From: an uncultured archaeon
Lineage (GTDB): Archaea > Thermoplasmatota > Penumbrarchaeia > JASLWR01
Direction: 5' to 3'
Assembly (NCBI GenBank): GCA_964342815.1
Contig: CAYFHS010000042.1
Coordinates: 1-36,634 of the forward strand
DNA: 36,634 nt
Shown: piece after piece, positions 28,129 through 36,634 of the stretch
How the letters are laid out: every line of letters starts with the position of its first letter
Position numbering within the stretch: position 1 is the first letter of the stretch
Notes under the pieces: generated by a model
The model's database searches: none
The model's input: only the letters and a program-made list of their open reading frames with translations
What the model was told of the DNA's origin: nothing
Program-made: the position numbers and the translations under genes

Positions 28129-28785
28129 ATGGAAGAACTTTTTGAAATCATAAACTCGAAGAAGAAAATCCATTACCCCTTGATCATAATCTTTTTTCTG
28201 ATTATTGCGGTATTCGTTGGGATCTTCGTTCTTTATAATGATTACTTTGAACATCACGGAGGTGAACTCGTATTCTATCTAGTCATTCCATTCCACTTAA
28301 TTGTATTAACAATATTGTTTATTATTGATAAGTTTTCATACAACATAAAGAGAATTGGTGAGACCTTCATATTGACAAAATTTCATGCATTCGGTATGTA
28401 CTGCTTATATCTTTTAGTACTCATCCCAATTGCGTTTTTTGGTGTGATATTAAATCCTGAGGATGAACAATATTTATATGTTATAATTGGAGCTTTGTTA
28501 ATTGCATTAATTATAATTATTGTTTGTACCGTTAGTTTTCTATCACCTATTCGAATTGAAATCAACGATAAAGTTATCAAATATCGTTCGGAAAGGTATA
28601 TGGGACGCAATGAATCCTTCTTACTTGCAATCAATAATATTAAAACTATGAGAATCAAGAAAGATATAAATAAAGAAGGCGTTGGTTTAATAATAAGTAC
28701 CAAAACAGATGGTCTAAATCAAAGAGTTCATTTCGGATTGAAAAATAATAGAATAATAAGTAATGAAATATCCCGAAGAATATAA
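28129..28785 (+). CDS. AT-rich hypothetical membrane protein (about 4 TM helices plus a short soluble C-terminal domain)
   Basis: Four hydrophobic segments and a base composition visibly far more AT-rich than its neighbours. Start is 28129, or 28021 with an ATGA overlap on the kinase stop. Confidence 0.65.
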   Translation: MEELFEIINSKKKIHYPLIIIFFLIIAVFVGIFVLYNDYFEHHGGELVFYLVIPFHLIVLTILFIIDKFSYNIKRIGETFILTKFHAFGMYCLYLLVLIPIAFFGVILNPEDEQYLYVIIGALLIALIIIIVCTVSFLSPIRIEINDKVIKYRSERYMGRNESFLLAINNIKTMRIKKDINKEGVGLIISTKTDGLNQRVHFGLKNNRIISNEISRRI

Positions 28786-28813
28786 AAAAAAATTCTAATG
28801 AATAGACGACACG

Positions 28814-30145
28814 TCAGCCGTTTAGCTTCCTGAGCGAGAAAAATATCATTTCTTCGATAATTCGCCGTAATGCATCGTCGTCCCTGCACTTCGATCTTTT
28901 AGTCAGGTCAAGATACTGGTCGAAATACCCAATAGGCAGGTCGAGTACGGGTATGTCGTTCGACCTCAGAATATGAAACATCAGGAGGCGGGATGTCCTG
29001 CTGTTACCATCGATGAACGGATGGATCCTTTGAAACTCGTTGTGGAAGAAGGCCGCAAAAGATATCACTTCGGCAAGGTTGTTTCTACCCTCTGTGAATT
29101 CACGGTATTTCTCCATCAGGCGCTTGATCTTCATGGGTATCATTCGCCACTCGCACGTTTTGAAGCTTGGGTTCCCCTTGATCCTGACGTTCTGACTACG
29201 TAACTGGCCGGCACCGTGAATGTGTTCCATCCGCAGGAATCCCCTTTGGGGACCGCCGCCGTTTGGTGGCGGGGAAAAAGGGGAAGCAGATTCCTGCGTT
29301 TCCGAGGATGAAACCCACCGATTCATCGGTGGGTGATTCATTGCCGATCGATGGTACTCCAATATGAGCGGGAGGTCAATCTTGATGCCCTTTTCCGAGT
29401 TTTCGACCATAAGGTCTATGGCTCTTTTATAGTTGCTGACCTCTTGAATATGTCTCAGTTTATGCTTCTCGGGAACTATCTCCTGAAGGATCAATTTCTG
29501 TGTCTCCGGCAGCGTCAGGGGGTTTCCCTCAAGATGCAAACTGCTGTAAATGAAATCCACTTTTCGTCTTTTTTCAAGATCGTCAAGGATGGAGTAGTTG
29601 ATCTTAAGGTTCCGCTTGTATTTTCTCAGTTCATTTTTGATCTCCCTCATGAATGTATGCTCTTTCGGAGTGTAAAAATCGGATTCCCTTCCAAAATATT
29701 GCAAGAGCTTTACTAGAAAATTGTGTCGGAGCAACTTGCAGGTCACTGGTCTTCTGGAGATGACCAAAAGAATTCCATACCTGGACAAAGCCGTCCGGTA
29801 AAAATTGAAGGTTCGGGGATTTATTGTGATATCTTTCGTCGTGAAGAATTCCTTTCGAGCCGCCTGTTCAATGAATTCGATCATCGTGGGCTTTAACATA
29901 AGGTTATAATTCATTCCGTTGTCAACGCAGAATCGTATTAATTGGAATAATTGGACTGAGCTCGGGTCTTTCGATGGTCGTACGGCCTCATTTCGGTATA
30001 CCAGATTTTCCTTTTCAAGTTTCAGAACTTGGTTGAAAATGCTCCTGTATTCTTCCTTGTTCTTATGAAGGGCGTCGACGATATCGATCACTCTTATTTC
30101 ACCCTTTGTCGCTATAACGTAGAAGACATCGTACTTCGAGACCAT
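28814..30145 (-). CDS. Fic-domain protein with N-terminal wHTH-like region and internal inhibitory helix
   Basis: Fic loop HPFIDGNSRTSR, inhibitory motif SLHLEGN (S/TxxxEG/N), flap GQLRSQNVRI. Contains a 37-aa in-frame insertion. Confidence 0.9.
   Translation of the reverse strand: MVSKYDVFYVIATKGEIRVIDIVDALHKNKEEYRSIFNQVLKLEKENLVYRNEAVRPSKDPSSVQLFQLIRFCVDNGMNYNLMLKPTMIEFIEQAARKEFFTTKDITINPRTFNFYRTALSRYGILLVISRRPVTCKLLRHNFLVKLLQYFGRESDFYTPKEHTFMREIKNELRKYKRNLKINYSILDDLEKRRKVDFIYSSLHLEGNPLTLPETQKLILQEIVPEKHKLRHIQEVSNYKRAIDLMVENSEKGIKIDLPLILEYHRSAMNHPPMNRWVSSSETQESASPFSPPPNGGGPQRGFLRMEHIHGAGQLRSQNVRIKGNPSFKTCEWRMIPMKIKRLMEKYREFTEGRNNLAEVISFAAFFHNEFQRIHPFIDGNSRTSRLLMFHILRSNDIPVLDLPIGYFDQYLDLTKRSKCRDDDALRRIIEEMIFFSLRKLNG
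29231..29341 (+). mobile_element. 111-bp palindromic miniature element inserted in frame in the Fic gene
   Basis: IR CGCAGGAATC (29232-29241) / GATTCCTGCG (29289-29298) enclosing two hairpins, plus terminal palindrome ACCCACCGAT-TC-ATCGGTGGGT followed by GATTCAT. Removal restores ...HRSAM-EHIHGAGQLR. Confidence 0.75.
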
Positions 30146-30326
30146 GAACGTGTATATGTTTTGAGAAATAAAAAACTTTCTATTTTGTATCTAAAGTTTA
30201 ATAGATGTAAACTTCGAGTGCAATTAGCGAACTAGAAGGGTGCAAACGAAACGTTGAAGTAAATCCATAAACACTGCACCCCTCACAAGGCTAATTTAAT
30301 ATAGCTGTAAGGTCAATCTAGCATAC

Positions 30327-33300
30327 ATGCCTGCCAGTAATTCCAAATTATCACCCATTCTGCAGACCACCTCGATTCTTTTTATTGTCTTTCTCATGTT
30401 ACTCAGCGGGTATCAACAGGGCTTTTCCGCATCATTCCCCGACGAGAATAGTACTAGTATAAAGCTCGACGGGATTGCTTCCGAAATCTCTTTGTCCGGT
30501 AGTAACAGGGCGCATCTCACCTGGAGCTCCGATAAATATCTTTACGATGACCTGATCGTGGAAGAGAACGATATGCTGGTGATCTATCCGGGAGTGACGG
30601 TCTACCTGGACGAAGGGGTGAACCTTATTATCAAAGGTATGCTGATGGCAAATGATTTCGGAGTTGATGATGTCACCACGTTTACTTCACTTCATAAGGG
30701 ATCGAAATGGGGAAGCATCATTTTCGATCGACGAAATGTCACATCCGATGATAAAGCTGAAAGCTTGATGGACAAGTGTATCATACGGGAAGCGGATTGT
30801 GCCATCCGCTGCAATAGCGCGTCGCCCATGGTAAAGAATACCGTTATTATTGACTCGGCTCTTCACGATTTTCATCTCGAGAACGCCTCAAATGTGGAAT
30901 GTCTAAACACCCTTTTCGATCGTGATAAAATTTATTTCGGGGACGCGGAGTCCAGCTTGTCGGTCAATTGGCTTCTTGATATCAGTATTGCTCTACCATT
31001 GGGCTACCCCGATTCCGACGTGAATGTGGTGATAAAGGATCTTACGGGCAGAGATCGTTTCCGCGGCATCACCCGCGCTCCCGGCTCAATAAACGAAATA
31101 GTATTGGAGGAATGCCATTATGTTCCTGACGAGTTACTTCGGGTGAAAAAGATCGGCCTGACGTCACATGGGATAATTGCTTATGATAATTCCAGCATGG
31201 TAAAACAGCACCGGGTCTATATGGACTCTCGTAAATCGATAAATATATCTTTCGGTGCGCATGCGAGTACGGAAAAAATGATAGCGGAGGTGGATAAAGA
31301 GAACCTTGCGGCAGTGCTGCACGATCTGACAGATTTCGGCACGCGTCATACAGACACACCGGAGAAATACGAGGCAGCAAAATACCTCTATGAGCGATTT
31401 ACGGAGATAGGGAGAGATAGGCTCAACAATTCAAAGATAAACGGTATAAACAGCAATCCTCTCTTTGTGAAATATGATAACCATACCCATCTCGATTATG
31501 AGCTTGATGATGGAAGGATCGTCGATCTATATGTCGTGAACGTGGTGGCAACGCTGCCGGGTACCGATGAAAACAGCGACCAGGAATATATCATCAGCGC
31601 CCATTACGACAGCCACAATCTCAGCTGCCCCGGTGCGGACGACGATGCCTCCGGGATCACTGCTATGATGGAGGCTGCAAGGATAATGTCACAGTACCGC
31701 TTTCCCCATACGATCAGGTTCATCGCCTTCGATGCGGAGGAGGAAGGATACCGCGGCAGCGGCGATTACGCGTGGCATGCAAAGCTTAGAAAAGACAACA
31801 TCACCTGCGACATCCAGATGGACATGATCGGTTACAACAACGATACGGAATACGCCAATGTCGTAAGGAGTGACGGACCTTCCATGTGGCTCGCCAGTTC
31901 CTTGAAAAACGCAAACTCGAAATACGACCTCGGGCTGGACGTGAGGATTCACAACAACGCTTCATACAGGAGAAGCGACCATTTCAGATTCTGGGACCGA
32001 GGTTACAATGCGGTGCTGATATCGGAAAACGAAGATATCAATAACTGGAATCCATACTATCACAGGGAGAGCGACCGGATCGACATAATCAATTTCACCC
32101 AGATCCAGAAGACCACCCAGATGGTGCTGGCAACCGTGGTCGATCTCGTGGGCATATCCAATACCCCTCCATCGAATCCCGCAAACATCAAACCCGAGCG
32201 TACCCACTCTCTCCGTCCCGAGCTCACGTGGGCTCCTTCGGTGGATCTCGACTCGGATGAAATCGAATATCATTTGACCGTAGGAACTGGTGAAGGTAAG
32301 GACGATATTTTGTCGAATTTTACTACAAGATCCCTTTTTTACCAGATCACCGGAATGGACCTCTCATACGGGAACACTTATTTCGTAGAGTTATATGCTG
32401 AAGATGCCACTGGTAGAAGGTCGGATATCATTAGGAAATCCTTCGAGGTAATAAATACACCACCGGTCCTGAGCCGGATCGGCACTAAGACGGTATTCGA
32501 GGATGATCTTCTATGGTTCAACGTAACGGCTGTGGATATCGATACGGAACCCACTGATAAACTATTGTTCGGTGAGGACTTCGACCGTTTCGAGATCAAC
32601 TCGTTAACGGGAGAGGTGAGATGGCGGCCATCGAATGATGATGTTGGAATACATTTAGTTAACTTTTCGGTGACCGATGGAATAGATGGAAACGATTATG
32701 AACTTGTCAACATAAGCGTCCTCAACGTTAACGACCCGCCATTTCTTTACCGGGATCTACCGGATATCTCTTTTTTGGAAGACAGGACGCGTGAGAACGC
32801 TCTGGATCTGGACGAGTATTTCACGGATGTGGACGAAACCACTCTTGCATACTCATATGAAAGCAACCCGAATATAATTACTACGATACACGATAACGGA
32901 GTCGTGGACCTGGCTGCCGCCGAGAACTGGTCCGGTACGGCTGAAATAAATTTCACAGCCACGGATTCCGCAAACGCCACGGCGAGCGGCTCTCTACAAG
33001 TTTATGTAGAGCCTGTGAACGATCCTCCGGTAATAAATTATCTGGATGAGATTATCGTGGACGAAGGAGATACAATAACGCTTTCACCCAATGCCACTGA
33101 CGTGGACGGCCCCTTTCTGAGGTTCAGCTATTCGGGCGCCATGAGACGCGACACCTGGACCACGGGTTATTCGGATTCAGGGATCTACACCGTGATAGTT
33201 ACGGTGACCGACGGGGAACTCACGGATCACCATATTATAAACCTCGTTATAAAAAACATAAATCGACCCCCTGTTGCCCTGGGCGGCAGAAACCGTACCG

Positions 33301-33791
33301 TAAGGATCGGAGAGGCAGTTCATCTCGATGCGTCCCAGTCATTCGACCCAGACATAGACTCGGAGCATGCGGGTGCTGTAGGTGTAAGTTTAGACTATCT
33401 GTGGGATTTCGGGGATGGGCGGAAGGAACGTGGCAGATCAGTTTCTCACAAGTATGAAAGAGCTGGAAAGTATCTGGTAAAGCTTACTGTGACGGACGAG
33501 GAAAATGCCGCAGGGACATTCACGCTGACCATAACGGTAATGGAGAAGGACGATACAGGATTTCCTCTATTCTTGGCCGTTGGTCTGGTACTTCTTGTAT
33601 TAACTCCCATAGTCATTATAGTAATCATATTCCGCCGCAGAAGGTATGAAGAAATGAGCGCCTTGTTGTGGCAGAAGGAATCGAAAAGCCGTAGAGTGCG
33701 GAGGAAGAAAAAAATCAAACGGGTGATGGTAAGAAAAGCGGTAGTCAAAGACGAAGGGGGCTTTAAAAAACCGGAAAAGGATCAATTGTGA
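30327..33791 (+). CDS. Membrane-anchored multidomain M28-family zinc aminopeptidase
   Basis: Signal peptide; SAHYDS, GADDDASG, DAEEEG, DMIGY, RSDHFRF, YYHRESD; then FN3/cadherin-like repeats (VNDPP), PKD (YLWDFGDG), TM helix and basic tail. Confidence 0.9.
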   Translation: MPASNSKLSPILQTTSILFIVFLMLLSGYQQGFSASFPDENSTSIKLDGIASEISLSGSNRAHLTWSSDKYLYDDLIVEENDMLVIYPGVTVYLDEGVNLIIKGMLMANDFGVDDVTTFTSLHKGSKWGSIIFDRRNVTSDDKAESLMDKCIIREADCAIRCNSASPMVKNTVIIDSALHDFHLENASNVECLNTLFDRDKIYFGDAESSLSVNWLLDISIALPLGYPDSDVNVVIKDLTGRDRFRGITRAPGSINEIVLEECHYVPDELLRVKKIGLTSHGIIAYDNSSMVKQHRVYMDSRKSINISFGAHASTEKMIAEVDKENLAAVLHDLTDFGTRHTDTPEKYEAAKYLYERFTEIGRDRLNNSKINGINSNPLFVKYDNHTHLDYELDDGRIVDLYVVNVVATLPGTDENSDQEYIISAHYDSHNLSCPGADDDASGITAMMEAARIMSQYRFPHTIRFIAFDAEEEGYRGSGDYAWHAKLRKDNITCDIQMDMIGYNNDTEYANVVRSDGPSMWLASSLKNANSKYDLGLDVRIHNNASYRRSDHFRFWDRGYNAVLISENEDINNWNPYYHRESDRIDIINFTQIQKTTQMVLATVVDLVGISNTPPSNPANIKPERTHSLRPELTWAPSVDLDSDEIEYHLTVGTGEGKDDILSNFTTRSLFYQITGMDLSYGNTYFVELYAEDATGRRSDIIRKSFEVINTPPVLSRIGTKTVFEDDLLWFNVTAVDIDTEPTDKLLFGEDFDRFEINSLTGEVRWRPSNDDVGIHLVNFSVTDGIDGNDYELVNISVLNVNDPPFLYRDLPDISFLEDRTRENALDLDEYFTDVDETTLAYSYESNPNIITTIHDNGVVDLAAAENWSGTAEINFTATDSANATASGSLQVYVEPVNDPPVINYLDEIIVDEGDTITLSPNATDVDGPFLRFSYSGAMRRDTWTTGYSDSGIYTVIVTVTDGELTDHHIINLVIKNINRPPVALGGRNRTVRIGEAVHLDASQSFDPDIDSEHAGAVGVSLDYLWDFGDGRKERGRSVSHKYERAGKYLVKLTVTDEENAAGTFTLTITVMEKDDTGFPLFLAVGLVLLVLTPIVIIVIIFRRRRYEEMSALLWQKESKSRRVRRKKKIKRVMVRKAVVKDEGGFKKPEKDQL

Positions 33792-34069
33792 ACGACTATC
33801 TTCTTCACGTTGACTACATGGATATACTCGGTGAACTGGAAAGGTTTTTTTGTCTCGGTGAAATAGGTTTTCCCCTCCCATTCCACGGCATATGCGTACT
33901 TTGATCTGAAAATACCTCTTTTGGCGGAATATACATCTGCCTTGTAGGTCTTCGCAAGAACGTTGATGAATTCTTCTCTGGAAATAATTAAAACGGACCC
34001 GTTTGCTCTGTACACACCACCGGGAGATACCGGCTCTCCAAACCCCACTTTATCCCCCGTTCCAATCAT
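33782..34069 (-). CDS. Small hypothetical protein, likely co-transcribed with the CBS-TPR pair
   Basis: 95-aa ORF with GAGGA RBS, 26 bp downstream of the CBS-TPR gene. No family recognised. Confidence 0.65.
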   Translation of the reverse strand: MIGTGDKVGFGEPVSPGGVYRANGSVLIISREEFINVLAKTYKADVYSAKRGIFRSKYAYAVEWEGKTYFTETKKPFQFTEYIHVVNVKKIVVHN

Positions 34070-34095
34070 ATTTCATCCTCAGGTACCATAAGAGT

Positions 34096-35208
34096 TTAGA
34101 AAAATCCCACTCCCTTGTCGTTTTCGCAGACGGTGATCGCCTCCCGAGCGCTCTGGTTCTGAGGATTGATGCGAAGAACCTCTTTGAAAGCCTGTGCGGC
34201 CTTCTTTTCCTTACCAAGCACGTGAAGGGACCCGCCCTTGTTAAACCAGGCGTCCTCGTGGTTCGGATTAATTTTCAGAGCCTTGTCATAGCACTTGATA
34301 GCTTTTTTCTCCTGCTCCGCCTTGTCGTAAGCGTTGCCCTTGCTGTACCAGATGGCGGCGGTCTCTCCCTGCAGCACATCAGCCCGATCGAAGCATTTTA
34401 TAGCCTCATTCAGTTTTCCAAGATCGGAGTAGGCAAGTCCCATATTCGTGAGTATTTTCACGTCATCCGGTTTCAGCTTAAGAGCCTTGCTGTAACATTG
34501 AAGGGCCCGCTTGACGTTCCTCATCTTCGCATAGACGTTCCCGCGGTTCAGCCATGCATCCTCGTTGTTGGGATTTATGGCATTCACCCTCTCGTAACAC
34601 ATGAGTGAGTCCTTGAACCTCCCCGTGCCCTCGAAGCTTCTGGCCAGTTCGAACCACCCGCGTTCCTGGTCGCCGTAGAGCGCCAGGGATTTTTCGTAGC
34701 ACTCCAGTGCTTTCTTTGGCTGCCCCATGGACGACATGGCGATTCCCTGGGTCCGCCATTCGTCGGGGGTCTCGGGTTCGTGGGATCTGTCGTATATCCC
34801 AAGAAGGGCCAGGGCATCCTTGTAATCGTTCTTGGAGAAGAAACCGACGCATTTACCGTCGTAGTCGATGACCACTATGGCATTTGGATAACGCTCTGAC
34901 AGCATGGGAAGAACATTTCCCAGCATCTCATCCTCCACCACCTCCATGAAATCTGTGTCCATAAGCTCCTTGGCTGATAGATCAAGAGGATTCTCGCCGT
35001 CTGCAACTGTGTTAACTATCTCCTTGTTCGTGATATAACCGATTACCTTTTCCTTGTTCTTAGCAACCAGTATGACACCGCCCTCTTTCAGTTTCTTCAG
35101 GCGCCGGGCCACAACCCTGCCCCGGGTTCTCGTGGAGACCATGTAGAACTCGTCGGTTATGGTCATCTCGTTTATCCTGCTCATCTCGTTGAACCAAACT
35201 TCAGCCAT
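34096..35208 (-). CDS. CBS-pair + TPR protein (paralogue B)
   Basis: N-terminal CBS pair (VIGYITNKEI, IVVIDYDGKCVGFFSKND) and about six TPRs (AWLNRGNVY, AWFNKG). GGTGA RBS. Confidence 0.88.
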   Translation of the reverse strand: MAEVWFNEMSRINEMTITDEFYMVSTRTRGRVVARRLKKLKEGGVILVAKNKEKVIGYITNKEIVNTVADGENPLDLSAKELMDTDFMEVVEDEMLGNVLPMLSERYPNAIVVIDYDGKCVGFFSKNDYKDALALLGIYDRSHEPETPDEWRTQGIAMSSMGQPKKALECYEKSLALYGDQERGWFELARSFEGTGRFKDSLMCYERVNAINPNNEDAWLNRGNVYAKMRNVKRALQCYSKALKLKPDDVKILTNMGLAYSDLGKLNEAIKCFDRADVLQGETAAIWYSKGNAYDKAEQEKKAIKCYDKALKINPNHEDAWFNKGGSLHVLGKEKKAAQAFKEVLRINPQNQSAREAITVCENDKGVGFF

Positions 35209-35228
35209 GTAATATCACCATATGAATT

Positions 35229-36341
35229 CTAGAAAAATCCGAATCTCTTGTTCTCGGCGCAAATGGCCATTGCCTCGCGCGCGCTTCCGTTGTTCGGATT
35301 GATCCTCAGAACCTCTTCGAAGCATTTAATTGCTTTCTTTTCCTTGCCCCATATATGAAGCGCCGCACCCTTGTTGAACCAAGCGTCCTCGTGATCTTTA
35401 TTGAGCCGGATCGCCCTATCATAGCATCTTATTGCCTTCTTCTCCTGCTCGGATTTGTCATAAACGTTACCTTTCTTGTACCACAGTTCATCGGTCTCTC
35501 CGCATATTGCCTCCGCCTTTTCAAAGGTCGCTATGGCAGCGTCGAACTTGCTCACGTCGGACAGTGTCATCCCCAAGTTCTTCAGTATAGCTACGTTTTC
35601 GGGTTCCAGCTGGAGGGCGCGGCCGAAGCTCTGGACCGCCTGGGTGTAATTCCGGAGGGCCGCCAGAACGTTTCCCCGGTTGTACCAGCCGTTGACGTCG
35701 GTGGGGTTTATGGAAACGTATTTATCGTAACAGAGGCCGGCATCCCGTAGGCGTCCTTCCTTTTCGAACTTTCTCGACATCTCGAACCATGCTCTCTCGC
35801 GGTCCGGGAAGACCGCAATGTAATTTTCGTAACACTCCAACGCCTCGGTGGATTTGCCTGTAGCCGACATAGCTATCCCCTTGGTCAACCATTCTTCCGG
35901 GGTCACTGGATCGTGGGATTTATCATAACACCCAAGGCCGGCCAGGGCATCCTTGTAGTCGCTCTTCGAAAAATAACCGATGCAGGCTCCCTCGTAATCG
36001 ATGACCACTATGGCATTGGGGTAGCGCTCGGAGATCATGGGAAGGACGTCGCCAAGGGTCTCCTCCCCCACCACTTCCATGAAATCTGAATCCATTATCT
36101 GGTCCGCTCGGACCTCGGGGGGATAATACCCTTCCGCAACGATCCAGAGTATCTCGCGGTTCGTGATATAGCCGATCACCTTACCCGATTCGTCCGCCAC
36201 CAGGATCACACCCTCGTTTCCCAGGTGCTGAAGCCTTTGCGCCACCACATTGCTCGGTTCATCCACAGATACTATATCGAATTCGTCCGTTATCTCCATT
36301 TCATTTATTTTTGTACTCTTATCGAACCACGAAACACTCAT
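35229..36341 (-). CDS. CBS-pair + TPR protein (paralogue A)
   Basis: Same 370-aa length and architecture as 34096-35208 (VIGYITNREI, GWYNRGNVL, AWFNKG). GAGGTGA RBS. Confidence 0.88.
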   Translation of the reverse strand: MSVSWFDKSTKINEMEITDEFDIVSVDEPSNVVAQRLQHLGNEGVILVADESGKVIGYITNREILWIVAEGYYPPEVRADQIMDSDFMEVVGEETLGDVLPMISERYPNAIVVIDYEGACIGYFSKSDYKDALAGLGCYDKSHDPVTPEEWLTKGIAMSATGKSTEALECYENYIAVFPDRERAWFEMSRKFEKEGRLRDAGLCYDKYVSINPTDVNGWYNRGNVLAALRNYTQAVQSFGRALQLEPENVAILKNLGMTLSDVSKFDAAIATFEKAEAICGETDELWYKKGNVYDKSEQEKKAIRCYDRAIRLNKDHEDAWFNKGAALHIWGKEKKAIKCFEEVLRINPNNGSAREAMAICAENKRFGFF

Positions 36342-36477
36342 GCCATATCACCTCGTAACTGTAATCAAAATCATATTTTCAAGGTTAACCGGTAAGCTAT
36401 AACTCAATACCAGCATATCGGATACTGCACTGGCCATCATCGTATTCAGTCCATCCCGCTGACAATATTGTCTGCGG

Positions 36478-36634
36478 TCACCACGCTTCCATATGTATGA
36501 CTTCTCCCCCGGAAGGATCGGTCCAGATGTCAAGGCGGTTCAGACCTTTTCCACCTTATCCGTGGAATTCTTCCTTATCTTTATCTCCCAGTAGCCCTTA
36601 TCCCCGTACCACTGGAACAAACCGTATACGTTAA
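36478..36634 (-). other. Probable 3' end of a gene cut by the window edge, possibly frameshifted
   Basis: An open frame from the edge (NVYGLFQWYGDKGYWEIKIRKNSTDKVEKV*) stops at 36540. A -1 frame continues GLNRLDIWTDPSGGEVIHMEAW* to 36478. Confidence 0.3.

Noticed and set aside
29231-29341. Group I intron (IStron) or BHB intron explanation for the Fic insertion
   Set aside because: 111 nt is too short for a group I core, and I could not form a bulge-helix-bulge across the junctions. Splicing is not excluded without RNA data.
4114-35750. The many short alternative-frame and antisense ORFs in the track (e.g. 4118-4471, 13561-14028, 13701-14354, 34003-34608)
   Set aside because: They lie within well-supported genes on another frame or strand and show no family motifs. 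The Ser/Pro/His-rich ones are mirror images of the acidic tail.
36348-36542. Selenocysteine or stop read-through joining the edge ORF to 36348-36533 across the in-frame TGA at 36540-36542
   Set aside because: The TGA is not in a redox or catalytic context, no SECIS is nearby, and the downstream 61 aa do not look protein-like.

Overview
Archaeal chromosomal segment. The evidence is an archaeal-type TrpRS, Dph5, a METTL5-like methylase, TATA boxes and GGAGGTGA-type RBSs. The many large single-pass surface proteins suggest Thermoplasmatota, but that is inference only. Gene order: an AT-rich block of four secreted or membrane hypotheticals abutting the 3' end of tRNA-Ala(CGC); a hairpin-rich spacer; trpS; METTL5-like methylase; cation-chloride cotransporter divergent from mscS; a 1157-aa Ig-like-repeat surface protein; small Cys-rich protein, hypothetical and dph5; a degenerate OLD-like ATPase-TOPRIM gene; a RelE-type toxin-antitoxin pair; trxA-thyX-nrdD-nrdG; a VIT-vWA surface protein followed by a WD40/TSP3 receptor-like Ser/Thr kinase; a Fic protein; a multidomain M28 peptidase; and two tandem CBS-TPR paralogues. 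The most unusual signals are: (1) a 111-bp multi-hairpin element with an IS200/IS605-like end inserted in frame in the Fic gene; (2) two covarying hairpins copying the tRNA-Ala acceptor stem at a ~72-bp period upstream of the tRNA; (3) the VIT-vWA plus receptor-kinase operon; (4) an intact OLD-like gene with its ATPase and TOPRIM catalytic motifs eroded; (5) attC-like sites bracketing the TA pair. All family calls come from motif recognition by eye; no database searches were run.
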